Source of the DNA: Candidatus Bathyarchaeia archaeon
Lineage (GTDB): Archaea; Thermoproteota; Bathyarchaeia; Bathyarchaeales; Bathycorpusculaceae
Direction of reading: 5' to 3'
Assembly (NCBI GenBank): GCA_038883715.1
Contig: JAVZLS010000001.1
Coordinates: 32,001 to 96,000 of the forward strand
Length of the DNA: 64,000 bases
Below are positions 9,504 through 19,862 of the stretch, piece after piece. The notes below the pieces were generated by a model, which saw nothing but the letters and a program-made list of their open reading frames with translations, ran no database searches and was not told where the DNA came from. Positions within the stretch are counted from its first letter, which is position 1. Every line of letters starts with the position of its first letter. A program made the position numbers and the translations under genes.

Positions 9504-10472
9504 TTGGTTTTCCAGAGTTTACATTTGGTGCATTTAATGGTAGAGATAATCATTCAAGCTTTGGCGCTGTTTGCCTCTTTGGCTGTCTTAGCGACAGCCA
9601 GCTTTTTCGCCATAAAACATATTGAAGATTTTATGGAAATCATCCGTCTAAGCGAAGTTGCAGCTGGATTTGTGATCTTGGCGATTATGACTTGTATGCC
9701 TGAAATAACTGTAGCGGTTTTTTCAGTGCAACATGGCACAGCAGGAATCAGCATAGGCGACATTTTAGGTTCACATCTCTTTAACATTGGTGTAGTGGTC
9801 GGGTTATTAGCAACGTTCGGTTCTTTAAAAAAATGCAGGACAGAAGCGCTGGTAGAACTTATTGATTTACTTTTTCTCGCTTCTATCATACCTTTACTTC
9901 TCGTTGCATTCAAGGCAGCCAGTTCCATTATCGGTGTTCTATTAATAGTCATTTTTGTTCTAAGTTTTTATAGGATGAGCAGAAAGCGGCGACCTCCCAC
10001 TTTCGACCATATTAAAGATAGACGCGTGGAAAGGAAAAAACCACTTATAATCCTCATTACAATCCTCATTACAGTTGCTATTGTTGTGTTGTCCGCTAGA
10101 ACCACCATCACATCAGCTATTGAAATTATTAAATTAGTGGGCATCTCTCAGCCCGAAATCGGTGCCAAGATAGTGGCAGTGGGCACATCTCTCCCTGAAC
10201 TTGCTTTTGGGCTGGTAGCTCTCAAAAGAGGAAGAGTACACCTTGCTTTGGGCGACGCCATTGGCGCAAACCTTACAACTATAACCTTAGTCTTGGGCAT
10301 AGTTTTACTTTTCGCGCCGTTTGCAATCGAACAGCTAATGTTCACTGAAATTCTCATATTCGTGCTCATAATGAACCTCATTTTATGGAGGTACTTGACA
10401 AAGGGAGGAGTAACACAACTTGGCGGAATAATCCTCATAACGGTCTACATAGTGTTTCAAGCAATTTTCTAG
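9504..10472 (+). CDS. Na+/Ca2+ exchanger (CaCA family)
   Basis: Two alpha-repeats: TCMPE...GDILGS and GTSLPE...GDAIGAN. Confidence 0.9.
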   Translation: MVFQSLHLVHLMVEIIIQALALFASLAVLATASFFAIKHIEDFMEIIRLSEVAAGFVILAIMTCMPEITVAVFSVQHGTAGISIGDILGSHLFNIGVVVGLLATFGSLKKCRTEALVELIDLLFLASIIPLLLVAFKAASSIIGVLLIVIFVLSFYRMSRKRRPPTFDHIKDRRVERKKPLIILITILITVAIVVLSARTTITSAIEIIKLVGISQPEIGAKIVAVGTSLPELAFGLVALKRGRVHLALGDAIGANLTTITLVLGIVLLFAPFAIEQLMFTEILIFVLIMNLILWRYLTKGGVTQLGGIILITVYIVFQAIF

Positions 10473-10556
10473 TTGTTGGTAGGTTAAAATAAACATGCAT
10501 ATTTTAGAGCAAAGATTTTAAGGCAAATTATTAAACTAAGTGAAAGGTTTCATAAA

Positions 10557-11786
10557 ATGCTTGACCCGGTAACACTTGCGTTGGCTTTGGCTGGCTCAAT
10601 AATTGTGATAGGATTTTTAGGCAACTACTTCTTTGAGCGCACCGGTTTCCCTGACATGATTTTCCTTATAATTTTGGGCATGCTGGTTGGACCCGTAACA
10701 AAATTGGTGGACACCGAGCAGTTCATAATGCCGCTGGCTCCATACTTCGCTGCCCTAGCCTTAGTCTTCATATTATTCGACGGTGGAATGGCTATGAATA
10801 TTTACCGCGTTTTCACCGAAAGCCCTAGAGCCACTGTGTTGGCTGTTGGGGGTTTTGGTTTAAGTGTTGCAGCCACAACATTGTTTGCGGCTTTGTTGTT
10901 GATGCCGGACAAACCAGTAACATACTCGTTATTGTTAGGAACCATTCTCGGAGGAAGCAGCAGCATAGTCGTGATTTCACTTGCATCAAAGATAGGGGTT
11001 AGCGAAAAATGCTCAACAATACTCAGCCTCGAATCGGCGCTGACGGACATTTTATGCATTGTTTTCTCATTAACAATTATTGAGATAATTCTGGGAAGCG
11101 CCGTTGAACCTATATCTATTGGGCAGGCGATTGCAAGCAAATTCTCGATAGGAATTGTGCTTGGAATATTTTTCGGACTTTTATGGCTAAGTGTACTAAA
11201 AAAGATTGTGAAGGCGCCATACGCTTACATTCTCACACTAGCTGTTGTGCTACTATCCTATGCTGTTTCAGAAACCCTAGGCGGCAGCGGAGCACTATGC
11301 TGCCTACTTTTCGGTATAGTGTTAGGGAATGAAAAGGAGATTTACAGAATGCTTCGAATGGAAAGGCCAACGGAAACTGTTATTGATGCTGGGCTGAAAA
11401 GGTTTGAGTCTGAAGTGGCATTTCTACTGAGAACATTCTTTTTTGTTTACATAGGCTTAATATCAACAATAAGCGACGTAAAAATAGCCCTTCTAGGCAT
11501 AATCCTCTCCTTCATACTATTACTAGCCAGATTTGGCGCCGTGCGATTAGCAACAGCCCGCTGCAGCGAACTCGCCGAAGAACGTCCAATAATGAGTGTA
11601 ATTCTAACAAGGGGTTTGGCGGCCGCCGTATTAGCAACATTGCCTTTGCAGTATTCTGAAGCGAACCCCACTTTTAAAGAGCTGTATAAAATCTACATCA
11701 ACATAGTTGTTTTGGTGATTCTTGTAACGGCGGTAATTGCCACAATAGGCATACCAATAATAAAATGGAGAGCCAAGAAGGGATAG
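10557..11786 (+). CDS. Cation:proton antiporter (CPA1/NhaP-like)
   Basis: ILFDGG, LESALTD, RGLAAAVLA; about 12 TMs. Confidence 0.9.
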   Translation: MLDPVTLALALAGSIIVIGFLGNYFFERTGFPDMIFLIILGMLVGPVTKLVDTEQFIMPLAPYFAALALVFILFDGGMAMNIYRVFTESPRATVLAVGGFGLSVAATTLFAALLLMPDKPVTYSLLLGTILGGSSSIVVISLASKIGVSEKCSTILSLESALTDILCIVFSLTIIEIILGSAVEPISIGQAIASKFSIGIVLGIFFGLLWLSVLKKIVKAPYAYILTLAVVLLSYAVSETLGGSGALCCLLFGIVLGNEKEIYRMLRMERPTETVIDAGLKRFESEVAFLLRTFFFVYIGLISTISDVKIALLGIILSFILLLARFGAVRLATARCSELAEERPIMSVILTRGLAAAVLATLPLQYSEANPTFKELYKIYINIVVLVILVTAVIATIGIPIIKWRAKKG

Positions 11787-13468
11787 TGGCAAGACATTTA
11801 AAGGATTCACGTAATACCTTCATTAACGGTGAAGAATTGTCGCATAAAATTGTAAGGTTAATGCTTCCTTTTTCGGTTCCAGCTGAAAACCGCAAAGAAC
11901 CCTTCACGGCAGACATGGAAAAGGCAACCATCTATTGCTTTGCAGAAGCAGAAAGGGAAAAGGGTGGAGGCCTAATATTAAGAAAGACAGAGGAGAAAAC
12001 GGTTTTCTTAACAAAGTTTTGTTATCCCTTTTGGCTTGCACCATGGAATACGTTAAGCCTAGTCTTTGATGGATTAAAGCAGTCGGCTTATACGGCAACC
12101 TATAAGATTATACCAGACGCTAAAGCATTCATAGAAAACGCCCATAGAAGCGCAAAATCCTTGGAAACCTACATGGCCTTTCTGTCTGACAATCTAAACT
12201 ATTTTCAAGTACCAAGCGGCGACAGAAGAGTCACAATAGATGGACTAGTCAGCGAAACCCAGTTTCTCAGCGAGTTTAACAAATATCTTTCAGAAGTCAG
12301 ACAAATAGAGCCGACGCCCTCCGAAGCTGTTCTGCTAAACCCGCTGGTTGACGAGTCGGCGATCTTGTCAGCAGTTGAGGAGCTTGGAAGATTAAGAGAG
12401 GATTTCGAAGTCGAAGTTGCTACGCTGAAAGAAAGTATAAAGCTCCTTAACAAGACCACAAGAAACTTCGTAAAAGAGATACGTGGAAAAATTAGGGCTG
12501 TCAGAGCAGAGTTTGAAGAAGTTATTAGAAAGGAAGAGGAGATTGCAGCGCAAAGGATCAACAAGGTAAATGAGGAATATGAAGAGCAGAGAGCCAAACT
12601 GATAAAGAATTTTGAGAAGCAGCTTCTGCCATTGCAAAAGGAGAAGGTTAAACTTGAAAAGATGAAAGAGCAGACGCTTAGAAAAATCGAGCAATACAAT
12701 TTAGAAGCCAAAACATGCGCAGCTAAAAAAGATAATGTTGGAGAGAGAAAATGGAAGGAAAAAGCCAACGAGGCGAAAAGGGAGCTGTCTGAAATAAACA
12801 GGAAAGTCGAAGAAGTGGAGGAAAAAATTAAGGAAGTGGAGGAAAGCGAATCCGCTGAAACCTTCAAACTAAGGTCTGAATGGGAGGCGAAAATTAAAGA
12901 GGCTAGAAAAAATCTACTTGAACTGGAATCCACTCGCGACGCGAAAATACAAGTCCACAAACAAGAAATGGAAAAGTTGGAAAACATGGCTACTCACATA
13001 ATTGCACAAATAAATAACACAATGAAGTTGAGGGAGGCGGGTTTAGCAAACATAAAGGGGCTAGGAATCCAACAAGAAAACAAACAGCTAAGCCTGGTTT
13101 ACATTCCATTCTATATGGTTTGTTATGAAGCGGAAATGAAGAAGCGCTACCTGATTTTTGCACCATCCACGGTGAACAGCATAGGCTTCACTGCAAGGCT
13201 TAAAGGCGCCCTTGGAAGGGCAAAAATTAAGCACCTATTGACTCCTAGGTTTAAGGCAGTAACGACGCTTCTGGAGAGGCTCCCAGCATTAATGGAAAGG
13301 GATGCAGCCTTTGCTAGGGAAATTCACGAGTTTGGAGATAAAACAAGCATGCTTGGCGAAGGCTCTAAATGGAAATCATTGGAACAAGGATTAAAGAAGC
13401 TGAAAGAAGAGGGTTGGCTTTCGGAAAAGGAGTTTGAGGCTTTTAGCCAAAGGCTGACAACACTTTAA
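11765..13468 (+). CDS. Hypothetical long coiled-coil protein
   Basis: 567-aa ORF with a long central coiled coil flanked by globular ends; start probably further downstream. Confidence 0.7.
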   Translation: MESQEGIVARHLKDSRNTFINGEELSHKIVRLMLPFSVPAENRKEPFTADMEKATIYCFAEAEREKGGGLILRKTEEKTVFLTKFCYPFWLAPWNTLSLVFDGLKQSAYTATYKIIPDAKAFIENAHRSAKSLETYMAFLSDNLNYFQVPSGDRRVTIDGLVSETQFLSEFNKYLSEVRQIEPTPSEAVLLNPLVDESAILSAVEELGRLREDFEVEVATLKESIKLLNKTTRNFVKEIRGKIRAVRAEFEEVIRKEEEIAAQRINKVNEEYEEQRAKLIKNFEKQLLPLQKEKVKLEKMKEQTLRKIEQYNLEAKTCAAKKDNVGERKWKEKANEAKRELSEINRKVEEVEEKIKEVEESESAETFKLRSEWEAKIKEARKNLLELESTRDAKIQVHKQEMEKLENMATHIIAQINNTMKLREAGLANIKGLGIQQENKQLSLVYIPFYMVCYEAEMKKRYLIFAPSTVNSIGFTARLKGALGRAKIKHLLTPRFKAVTTLLERLPALMERDAAFAREIHEFGDKTSMLGEGSKWKSLEQGLKKLKEEGWLSEKEFEAFSQRLTTL

Positions 13469-13998
13469 ATGGTTTTTAATTCCTTGAACTTTTTGATGGC
13501 GTATTCGACGATTTTCATGGCTTCTTTTGCGTTTTTCCATTCTTTAAACCTAACCCACTTGTGAGGCTCAAGACGCTTGTAGGTTTCGAAAAACTCTTGA
13601 ATTTCTTTAAGCTTGTGGGGGTGGATGTCACCTATATCTTTGTAGCCGTCGAATCTGGCGTCGTCCACAAGCACTGACAAGATTTTGGGGTCTTCGCCTT
13701 TTTCATCCTCAATGATTAATGCGCCTATAACCCTAACCTTCACTAGGCATCCTACCTCGAGGGGCTCATAGCTTAGCGCCATTATGTCCAGCGGGTCTTC
13801 GTCGTCAAACCATGTTTGGGGCACAAAACCGTACTCAACAGGGAAAACCACCGATGATGGTATTATGCGGTCCAGAACGAAAGTTTCCCATTTAATGTTG
13901 TATTCATACTTGTCCCTCGAGCCGCTGATAACCTCAATGATCATGTTTAAGATTTCTGGTGGTTTTTCTCCGCATGGGATATCACGCCAAAGATTCAT
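13465..13998 (-). CDS. ppa: Inorganic pyrophosphatase
   Basis: YGFVPQT..DDEDPLD, D.K, FFETYK family I motifs. Confidence 0.95.
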   Translation of the reverse strand: MNLWRDIPCGEKPPEILNMIIEVISGSRDKYEYNIKWETFVLDRIIPSSVVFPVEYGFVPQTWFDDEDPLDIMALSYEPLEVGCLVKVRVIGALIIEDEKGEDPKILSVLVDDARFDGYKDIGDIHPHKLKEIQEFFETYKRLEPHKWVRFKEWKNAKEAMKIVEYAIKKFKELKTI

Positions 13999-14045
13999 AA
14001 CAGACGCCGAAAGTCAAACTGTCCAACCGAATATTTAGGCTTTTG

Positions 14046-14957
14046 TTATTCCTCTCTAAGCGGCCTCTTCTTGACCTCGAATTTTTCCGTGCCGTATTTT
14101 GCGTAGAGCTCCTTTCTCAAGGCTTCGAGCATCTCTATCTTTCTACCAGAAAACTCGGCTGCTGTAACAACCTTGACGCCGCGTTTTTGGGCTTCCTCAT
14201 AAACTGGTTTTATTCTCATTTTATAGTTTAGGTCGCGTAGGAAATGGTGGTCTAAAACGATTGTGTGGACGCTTGTCTCTTTTATAGCTTTGATAAGGTT
14301 ACTACTGGATATTTCAAGGCTTTTGAAAGAGAAGCGGTAACCAAGCATATACGTCATTGGCCCATCAACAAAGAGCACGTCCGGCTTCTCGTTTAAGATG
14401 AAGACTATTTGATCATCAAGCGACAGTCCCTCTACGTCTGAGGTGTGAAGGAACTTTTCGCCACCACTTTTTATGCATGTTTCAGTTACATAGCCAAGTC
14501 TTGGGTTTGTTCCGTGGCAAACAGCCTTTGAAAATGTTATGGCGGTTTCGCCAAACTGGAAGCTTTTGCCGTCCGCAATCTCCAGCCTTTTCGGCAAGTT
14601 TCTGATGGCTGCTAGGAAGTAGGCAACCCTATCCCTTTGGCTTCTGTTTATATTTTCCGTCGGATGCTTTATGAAAACCGTTTTTCCGCTATAAAGCTCC
14701 GGATAATCTGGGTCATGATGGTCATAATGATAGTGTGTTACAACAAGCACTTCTGATTCTTCTGCGTACTGCTTTATAATGTTCCATGTCTCGTCCAGCC
14801 TCTGCCACTCGAGTGGATGCGGCTCCAAGCCATAGCGCAAGGGCGCAAGAGAAACGCCCGGGTCTATTAGGATTTTTAAGTTGTCAGTTTCTACAAAAGT
14901 CGCCATTGAACGAACTCCAAAACTGTCAAAGGCTAAGGGCAATATCTGCCTAATCAT
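14046..14957 (-). CDS. MBL-fold hydrolase (UPF0282-like)
   Basis: DSFGVRSMAT, THYHYDH, DHHFLRD. Confidence 0.85.
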   Translation of the reverse strand: MIRQILPLAFDSFGVRSMATFVETDNLKILIDPGVSLAPLRYGLEPHPLEWQRLDETWNIIKQYAEESEVLVVTHYHYDHHDPDYPELYSGKTVFIKHPTENINRSQRDRVAYFLAAIRNLPKRLEIADGKSFQFGETAITFSKAVCHGTNPRLGYVTETCIKSGGEKFLHTSDVEGLSLDDQIVFILNEKPDVLFVDGPMTYMLGYRFSFKSLEISSSNLIKAIKETSVHTIVLDHHFLRDLNYKMRIKPVYEEAQKRGVKVVTAAEFSGRKIEMLEALRKELYAKYGTEKFEVKKRPLREE

Positions 14958-15757
14958 TTGGTTTCCTCCCCAAAGAAGGCTTCAAGCCTTTTTATTTCAG
15001 CCCTTTTCAGAATTTCCGCGCACTTTTTAGGGTCTAAAGCCCTGAACTCCAATCCAAGGGTTTCAAGAAGTCTCTGCACGTCTTTAGCTATGTTTGGCGC
15101 TACAAGGATGCCGCGCACCTCGCGGTTTGTTCTACTTTTGACAGCCTCTATGTATTTGGCTAATTGGAAAACAGCCTCTTTACCAGCTGTTTTGCGCTTA
15201 ATCTCAACAACAACAAAACGTCCATCCTTGTCAACGCCGTAAACGTCCACGAACCCGGGTTCCACCTTCTTTTCATAGCTTACGGGTTTGAAGCCCTTTT
15301 CCAAAAGGGATGGCTCTAAAAGTATGGCTTTGTGCATGTCCTCTTCGCTGGCGTAGAGTGAAAATTCTCCAGAGTCTGCGAGCGCCATAGCCGAAACCAA
15401 ATGAATTTTGTCAAAGAAAACTCTCACGGATTCCGAGGGTTTTCGCCTCACAGCGTGAATTTCCAATATTCCGTCTTTAACTTGTGTGTGGAATAGGCAT
15501 CCGGGCGGTTGCCAGTTTACTGGTTCATATCCCACTGAGCGGTGCACGAGCAATGAGCCGTCCTCCTTTATGATTAGTATACGCTCGCCTGGTTCAAGCT
15601 CTGACCTAGCTCTGCCGAGGTAATGAACCCAGCAATTGCCAACCAAAAGGAGAGTTTTCCTTTGGGATAGCGCCTCCCTAACTACTTCTCCAGCCTCAGC
15701 CGTATTTGGGCTTACGAGAACGTTAAGGGGCCTTGAAGTGGACAAGCTTTCAGCCAA
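14954..15757 (-). CDS. nucS: Endonuclease NucS/EndoMS
   Basis: Y.GRA.S.L, K.DGSLLVH, PVNWQP, D...D...VEIK, QL.KY. Confidence 0.93.
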   Translation of the reverse strand: MAESLSTSRPLNVLVSPNTAEAGEVVREALSQRKTLLLVGNCWVHYLGRARSELEPGERILIIKEDGSLLVHRSVGYEPVNWQPPGCLFHTQVKDGILEIHAVRRKPSESVRVFFDKIHLVSAMALADSGEFSLYASEEDMHKAILLEPSLLEKGFKPVSYEKKVEPGFVDVYGVDKDGRFVVVEIKRKTAGKEAVFQLAKYIEAVKSRTNREVRGILVAPNIAKDVQRLLETLGLEFRALDPKKCAEILKRAEIKRLEAFFGEETK

Positions 15758-15803
15758 ATAGTTTTAGAATCCCTTATGCTAGATAAAACTTCTGAAGATC
15801 CTC

Positions 15804-16373
15804 ATGAGCGAGTGGGAGCTGAAACGCGATAACATCCAGCACTATGATTTGACGGCGAAAAGCTACGATGAACAGTATGCCGAGGAGCAAAAAGCTAAAA
15901 TCGAAACCGCCTTAAAAAGCGTAAAAATCGGCACAAATTGCCTGATCTTGGATTATGGCTGCGGGACAGGCCTGCTTTTTAAGTACGTTGCTGAAAAAGC
16001 CGCCATGGTGGTGGGGCTGGATATTTCAAAGAAGATTTTGGCGGAGGCTAAAAGGCGGGCTAAAGCCCTCGGTAATGTATATTTGGTTTTGGCTGACGCT
16101 GATTATCCGCCCTTTAGGGATAATGTTTTCAGCCATGTTTTTGCTGTAACTTTACTTCAGAACATGCCAAATCCGGAGAGAACTTTGGCGGAAATTTGCA
16201 GAATAGCAAAAAAAGACGCTTACATAGTTGTTACGGGGCTGAAGAAGAAGTTTTCTTTGGAGGTTTTTGATGGTTTATTACGCAAGCTTGGATTAAATGT
16301 AATTGAAATTTCAAAAGGTAATGAAAGCCTAAAATGTTATGTGGCTGTTTGCAAAAAGCCCAGTCATCATTAA
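15804..16373 (+). CDS. Class I SAM-dependent methyltransferase
   Basis: LDYGCGTG and GLDIS motifs. Confidence 0.88.
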   Translation: MSEWELKRDNIQHYDLTAKSYDEQYAEEQKAKIETALKSVKIGTNCLILDYGCGTGLLFKYVAEKAAMVVGLDISKKILAEAKRRAKALGNVYLVLADADYPPFRDNVFSHVFAVTLLQNMPNPERTLAEICRIAKKDAYIVVTGLKKKFSLEVFDGLLRKLGLNVIEISKGNESLKCYVAVCKKPSHH

Positions 16374-16474
16374 ATTTTGTGGCTGCTTAACCTAAACTAT
16401 ATATGAAAGTGGAGGTTAGAGCTATACTCTTACATGTTCACTGATGGAAAATTTGGGGACCTGGTGGTTGACAG

Positions 16475-17407
16475 ATGCCCCTTAAAACCTTGAAAAGGGA
16501 AACCGCGGAAGCTCTAATCCTTGAATGGGTTTTGCACGCGAAAAATTATAGGTTAACCCTTGACAGAAGGCTGTGTGTTGGATGTGAAATTTGCACTTTA
16601 GCATGTCCAAAAGAAGCCATAAAACTTGAGAAACAGCCAAAAACCCCTGATGGAAGAGCACAGCGGGCAAGGGTTGACATAACCCTTGAAAAATGCAACT
16701 TCTGCGGAATATGCGATATATTATGCCCGTATGGAGCAATCAGAGTGACAATTAATGGAGAACACGTTTTGAATGTTGTCGAGAAGGAAAGTTTTCCACA
16801 GCTAATCCGCGACATTCAAGCGGATACAAGCAAATGCCCAGTGGACTGTGTTGAATGTGAGAAGGCTTGCCCCCTAAACCTTATTAAGGTGACACGGCTT
16901 ACTCCGGAAGGAAAGATTGTTGAAGATTTAGGCTCTTTAACGAAGAAAGAGAGGAAGGGCTTAAAGGTTAATGTTGATGTCGAGAAGGAGCTTTGTCCAT
17001 GCTGCAGAATATGCGAATTCAAATGTCCGGAAGGGGTTCTCCATGTCCGCAAGAGTTTCTATGGAAAGATAAGCATAAATCAGGATAAATGTCCAGAGGG
17101 TTGTAAAGACTGCCTTGATGTCTGCCCAATAACTGGGGCGCTATATTTGTCCGAAGCAGATAAGAAAGTTCACGTGAATGAAACTTTCTGTGTTTATTGC
17201 GGAGCTTGCAAGGTTGTTTGTCCGGTGCCAGAAGCCTTAGAGCTTAAAAGAACCAAGATTATGCACACTCCTGTTCGCTCTGGGGCTTGGAACAAGGCCT
17301 TGGAGCGTTTGGCTTCTCCTCTTGAAATTACTAAGGAGTTGAAGGCTAAAGGTTCTCAAAAGGCTTTGGAATCCGTTGAGAAAAGATTGGGTTGGAGGGT
17401 CCCATAA
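16475..17407 (+). CDS. Polyferredoxin (multi-[4Fe-4S], FwdF/MvhB-like)
   Basis: Six CxxCxxCxxxCP-type motifs. Confidence 0.88.
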   Translation: MPLKTLKRETAEALILEWVLHAKNYRLTLDRRLCVGCEICTLACPKEAIKLEKQPKTPDGRAQRARVDITLEKCNFCGICDILCPYGAIRVTINGEHVLNVVEKESFPQLIRDIQADTSKCPVDCVECEKACPLNLIKVTRLTPEGKIVEDLGSLTKKERKGLKVNVDVEKELCPCCRICEFKCPEGVLHVRKSFYGKISINQDKCPEGCKDCLDVCPITGALYLSEADKKVHVNETFCVYCGACKVVCPVPEALELKRTKIMHTPVRSGAWNKALERLASPLEITKELKAKGSQKALESVEKRLGWRVP

Positions 17408-17408
17408 A

Positions 17409-19859
17409 ATGGTGGAGAGGCGAGCTGAAAATAAGCCTGAAGAGCTTCGCATTGGCGTTTTCATATGCCACTGTGGTTTGAACATTGCTGGGGTCATTGA
17501 TATAAAAGAGCTTGTTGAGTTTGCAAAAACCATTCCAGACGTTGTTTATGTGAAGGATAACCGCTACACATGTGCGGACCCGGGACAGGAGGAGATTAGG
17601 AAGGCCATAAAGGAGCATAGGCTTAACCGTGTTGTTGTGGCTGCTTGTTCGCCCCGCATGCACGAGGTCACATTCCGGCGGACGGTTTCAGAGGCTGGCT
17701 TAAACCCGTACCTTTTTGAGATGGCTAACATCCGTGAGTTTTCATCCTGGTGCCATCCAAGCACTCCTAAGGAGGCCACTGAAAAGGCTAAGGACTTAAT
17801 CAAGATGGCTGTGGCAAAGGCTAGGCTTCTGATGCCATTGCAAACAATCGAGGTGCCTGTGACTAACAAGGCTTTGGTTATCGGCGGCGGCATAGCTGGA
17901 ATGAATGCGGCTTTGGACTTGGCTGAGATGGGCTTCAAGGTTTACCTTCTGGAAAAAGGTGAAAGCATAGGCGGGCACATGGCGCAGTTGGACAAGACTT
18001 TTCCAACATTGGACTGTTCCATCTGCATTGAAGGACCAAAAATGGTGGATGTTGGGCGGCATCCAAACATCGAAATAATCTCTTATGCAGATTTGCTTAG
18101 CGTCAGCGGTTTTATAGGCAACTTTAAGGTTCGCATTAGGAAGAATCCACGCTACGTTATCGCCGAAAACTGCACTGGCTGCGGCGAATGCAAAGACGTT
18201 TGCCCAATAGAGTATCCAAACGAGTGGGACATGGGGCTCGGCGTTAGGAAAGCCATATCGGTGCCCTTCGACCAAGCGGTGCCCCTTGTTTATACGATTA
18301 ATCGTGACTATTGTATTGAGTGCTACAAGTGTGTGGATGCTTGCGGCGCAAGACAAGCCATAAACTTTGACCAGAAGCCGGAAGAAATCGAGCTTGAAGT
18401 TGGCGCCATAATTGTGGCGACTGGCTACGATATTTACTTGCCCTACGACAATCAGCTTTATGGTTATGGCAAATACACAAACGTGATAACATCCCTAGAG
18501 TTTGAGAGGCTTATTCTTGCGGCTGGTCCAACTGGCGGAAAAGTGGTGCGGGCTTCTGATGGACAAAAACCCCATAGCGTAGCCTTCATCCAGTGTGTTG
18601 GTTCACGGGACACAAACAAGTATCCATATTGTTCAAACTTCTGCTGCATGTACACGCTCAAGCATGTTGTCCAGCTTAAGGAGAAGTACAAGGAAGACAT
18701 CGAGGTTTACGTCTTCTACATGGATATGCGAACCAACTTCAAAGGCTTTGAGGAATTCTACCAAAGGGCTCGTGAACTCGGCGTGAACTTTATCCGTGGG
18801 CGGGTGAGCCGCATATTCGAAGACCCGAAAACCAAAAACCTCATCATTCACGCTGAAGATGCCAACTTGGGCATGCCAATAGAAGTTGAGGCGGAAATGG
18901 TTGTTTTGGCAACGGCAGCCATACCCAAGAAGGGCACAGAGGATATAGCCCGCATCCTCAACTTAACGAGAGGCGCGGACGGCTTCTTCATGGAGAGTCA
19001 CCCGAAGCTAAAACCATTAGACGCACCCACAGACGGCATATTCTTGGCTGGAGCATGTCAAGGACCAAAGGACATACCGTATAGTGTCTCGCAAGGCTGC
19101 GGTGCAGCAGCCCGCGCAGCCACAGTCTTGTCCAAGAAAACTTGGAAGATTGAGCCCATTATTGCTGTTGTTGACCCGACTAAGTGCCGGAATGTCACGA
19201 CAAAGTGTGGGATATGTGCTGAACGCTGTCCATATGGCGCTATAAAAGCTGAGGAGAAGAAGCCAGCCCAAGTTATAACAGCCATGTGTCATGGCTGCGG
19301 AACATGTGTGGCAGAATGTCCAGCGGACGCCATACAACAAATGCACTTCACAGATGCCCAAATATTGGCTCAGCTGCGAACAGCCTTGGAAAAGAACCCA
19401 GAAGATAAGATTTTGGCTTTCCTATGCAACTGGTGCAGTTATGCGGGGGCGGACCTAGCCGGAACAAGCCGCTTCGAGTATCCGCCAACAATACGCCCAA
19501 TAAGGGTCATGTGCTCTGGAAGGGTGGACCGCGACTTTGTTTTGGAGGCCTTTAGGCTTGGGGCTGGCATGGTTCTGGTGGCGGCATGCCACCTGCCCTA
19601 CGACTGCCACTATATTAGTGGAAACTGGAAGATGAAAGCAAGAATGGATGCTTTGGCGCCTATGCTCCATAAGCTTGGCTTAAGCCCTGAAAGATTCAGA
19701 GTAGAATACGTTTCAGCGGCTGAAGGCGTAAAGTTTGCAGAGCTTATCCGAGAAATGACTGAGCAGATGCGAGCCCTTGGTAAAGAGCGGATAAAAGCGG
19801 AAAATGAGAAGCTGCGCCCAGTGCTGGAAAACATGCTGAAGAGGAAGGAAAAGAGATAA
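17409..19859 (+). CDS. hdrA: Heterodisulfide reductase subunit A fused to MvhD
   Basis: CHCG.NI, GGGIAG FAD site, FPTLDC, CVGSRD, CS..CC, ferredoxin motifs; C-terminal FLCNWCSYAGAD/RVMCSGR/DCHY MvhD domain; start set at ATG 17409 just after the upstream stop. Confidence 0.93.
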   Translation: MVERRAENKPEELRIGVFICHCGLNIAGVIDIKELVEFAKTIPDVVYVKDNRYTCADPGQEEIRKAIKEHRLNRVVVAACSPRMHEVTFRRTVSEAGLNPYLFEMANIREFSSWCHPSTPKEATEKAKDLIKMAVAKARLLMPLQTIEVPVTNKALVIGGGIAGMNAALDLAEMGFKVYLLEKGESIGGHMAQLDKTFPTLDCSICIEGPKMVDVGRHPNIEIISYADLLSVSGFIGNFKVRIRKNPRYVIAENCTGCGECKDVCPIEYPNEWDMGLGVRKAISVPFDQAVPLVYTINRDYCIECYKCVDACGARQAINFDQKPEEIELEVGAIIVATGYDIYLPYDNQLYGYGKYTNVITSLEFERLILAAGPTGGKVVRASDGQKPHSVAFIQCVGSRDTNKYPYCSNFCCMYTLKHVVQLKEKYKEDIEVYVFYMDMRTNFKGFEEFYQRARELGVNFIRGRVSRIFEDPKTKNLIIHAEDANLGMPIEVEAEMVVLATAAIPKKGTEDIARILNLTRGADGFFMESHPKLKPLDAPTDGIFLAGACQGPKDIPYSVSQGCGAAARAATVLSKKTWKIEPIIAVVDPTKCRNVTTKCGICAERCPYGAIKAEEKKPAQVITAMCHGCGTCVAECPADAIQQMHFTDAQILAQLRTALEKNPEDKILAFLCNWCSYAGADLAGTSRFEYPPTIRPIRVMCSGRVDRDFVLEAFRLGAGMVLVAACHLPYDCHYISGNWKMKARMDALAPMLHKLGLSPERFRVEYVSAAEGVKFAELIREMTEQMRALGKERIKAENEKLRPVLENMLKRKEKR

Positions 19860-19862
19860 ACA

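Noticed and set aside
12205-12987. 260-aa minus-strand ORF
   Set aside because: Ser/Phe/Leu-rich antisense shadow of the Glu/Lys coiled-coil gene; the same applies to most short overlapping ORFs in the track
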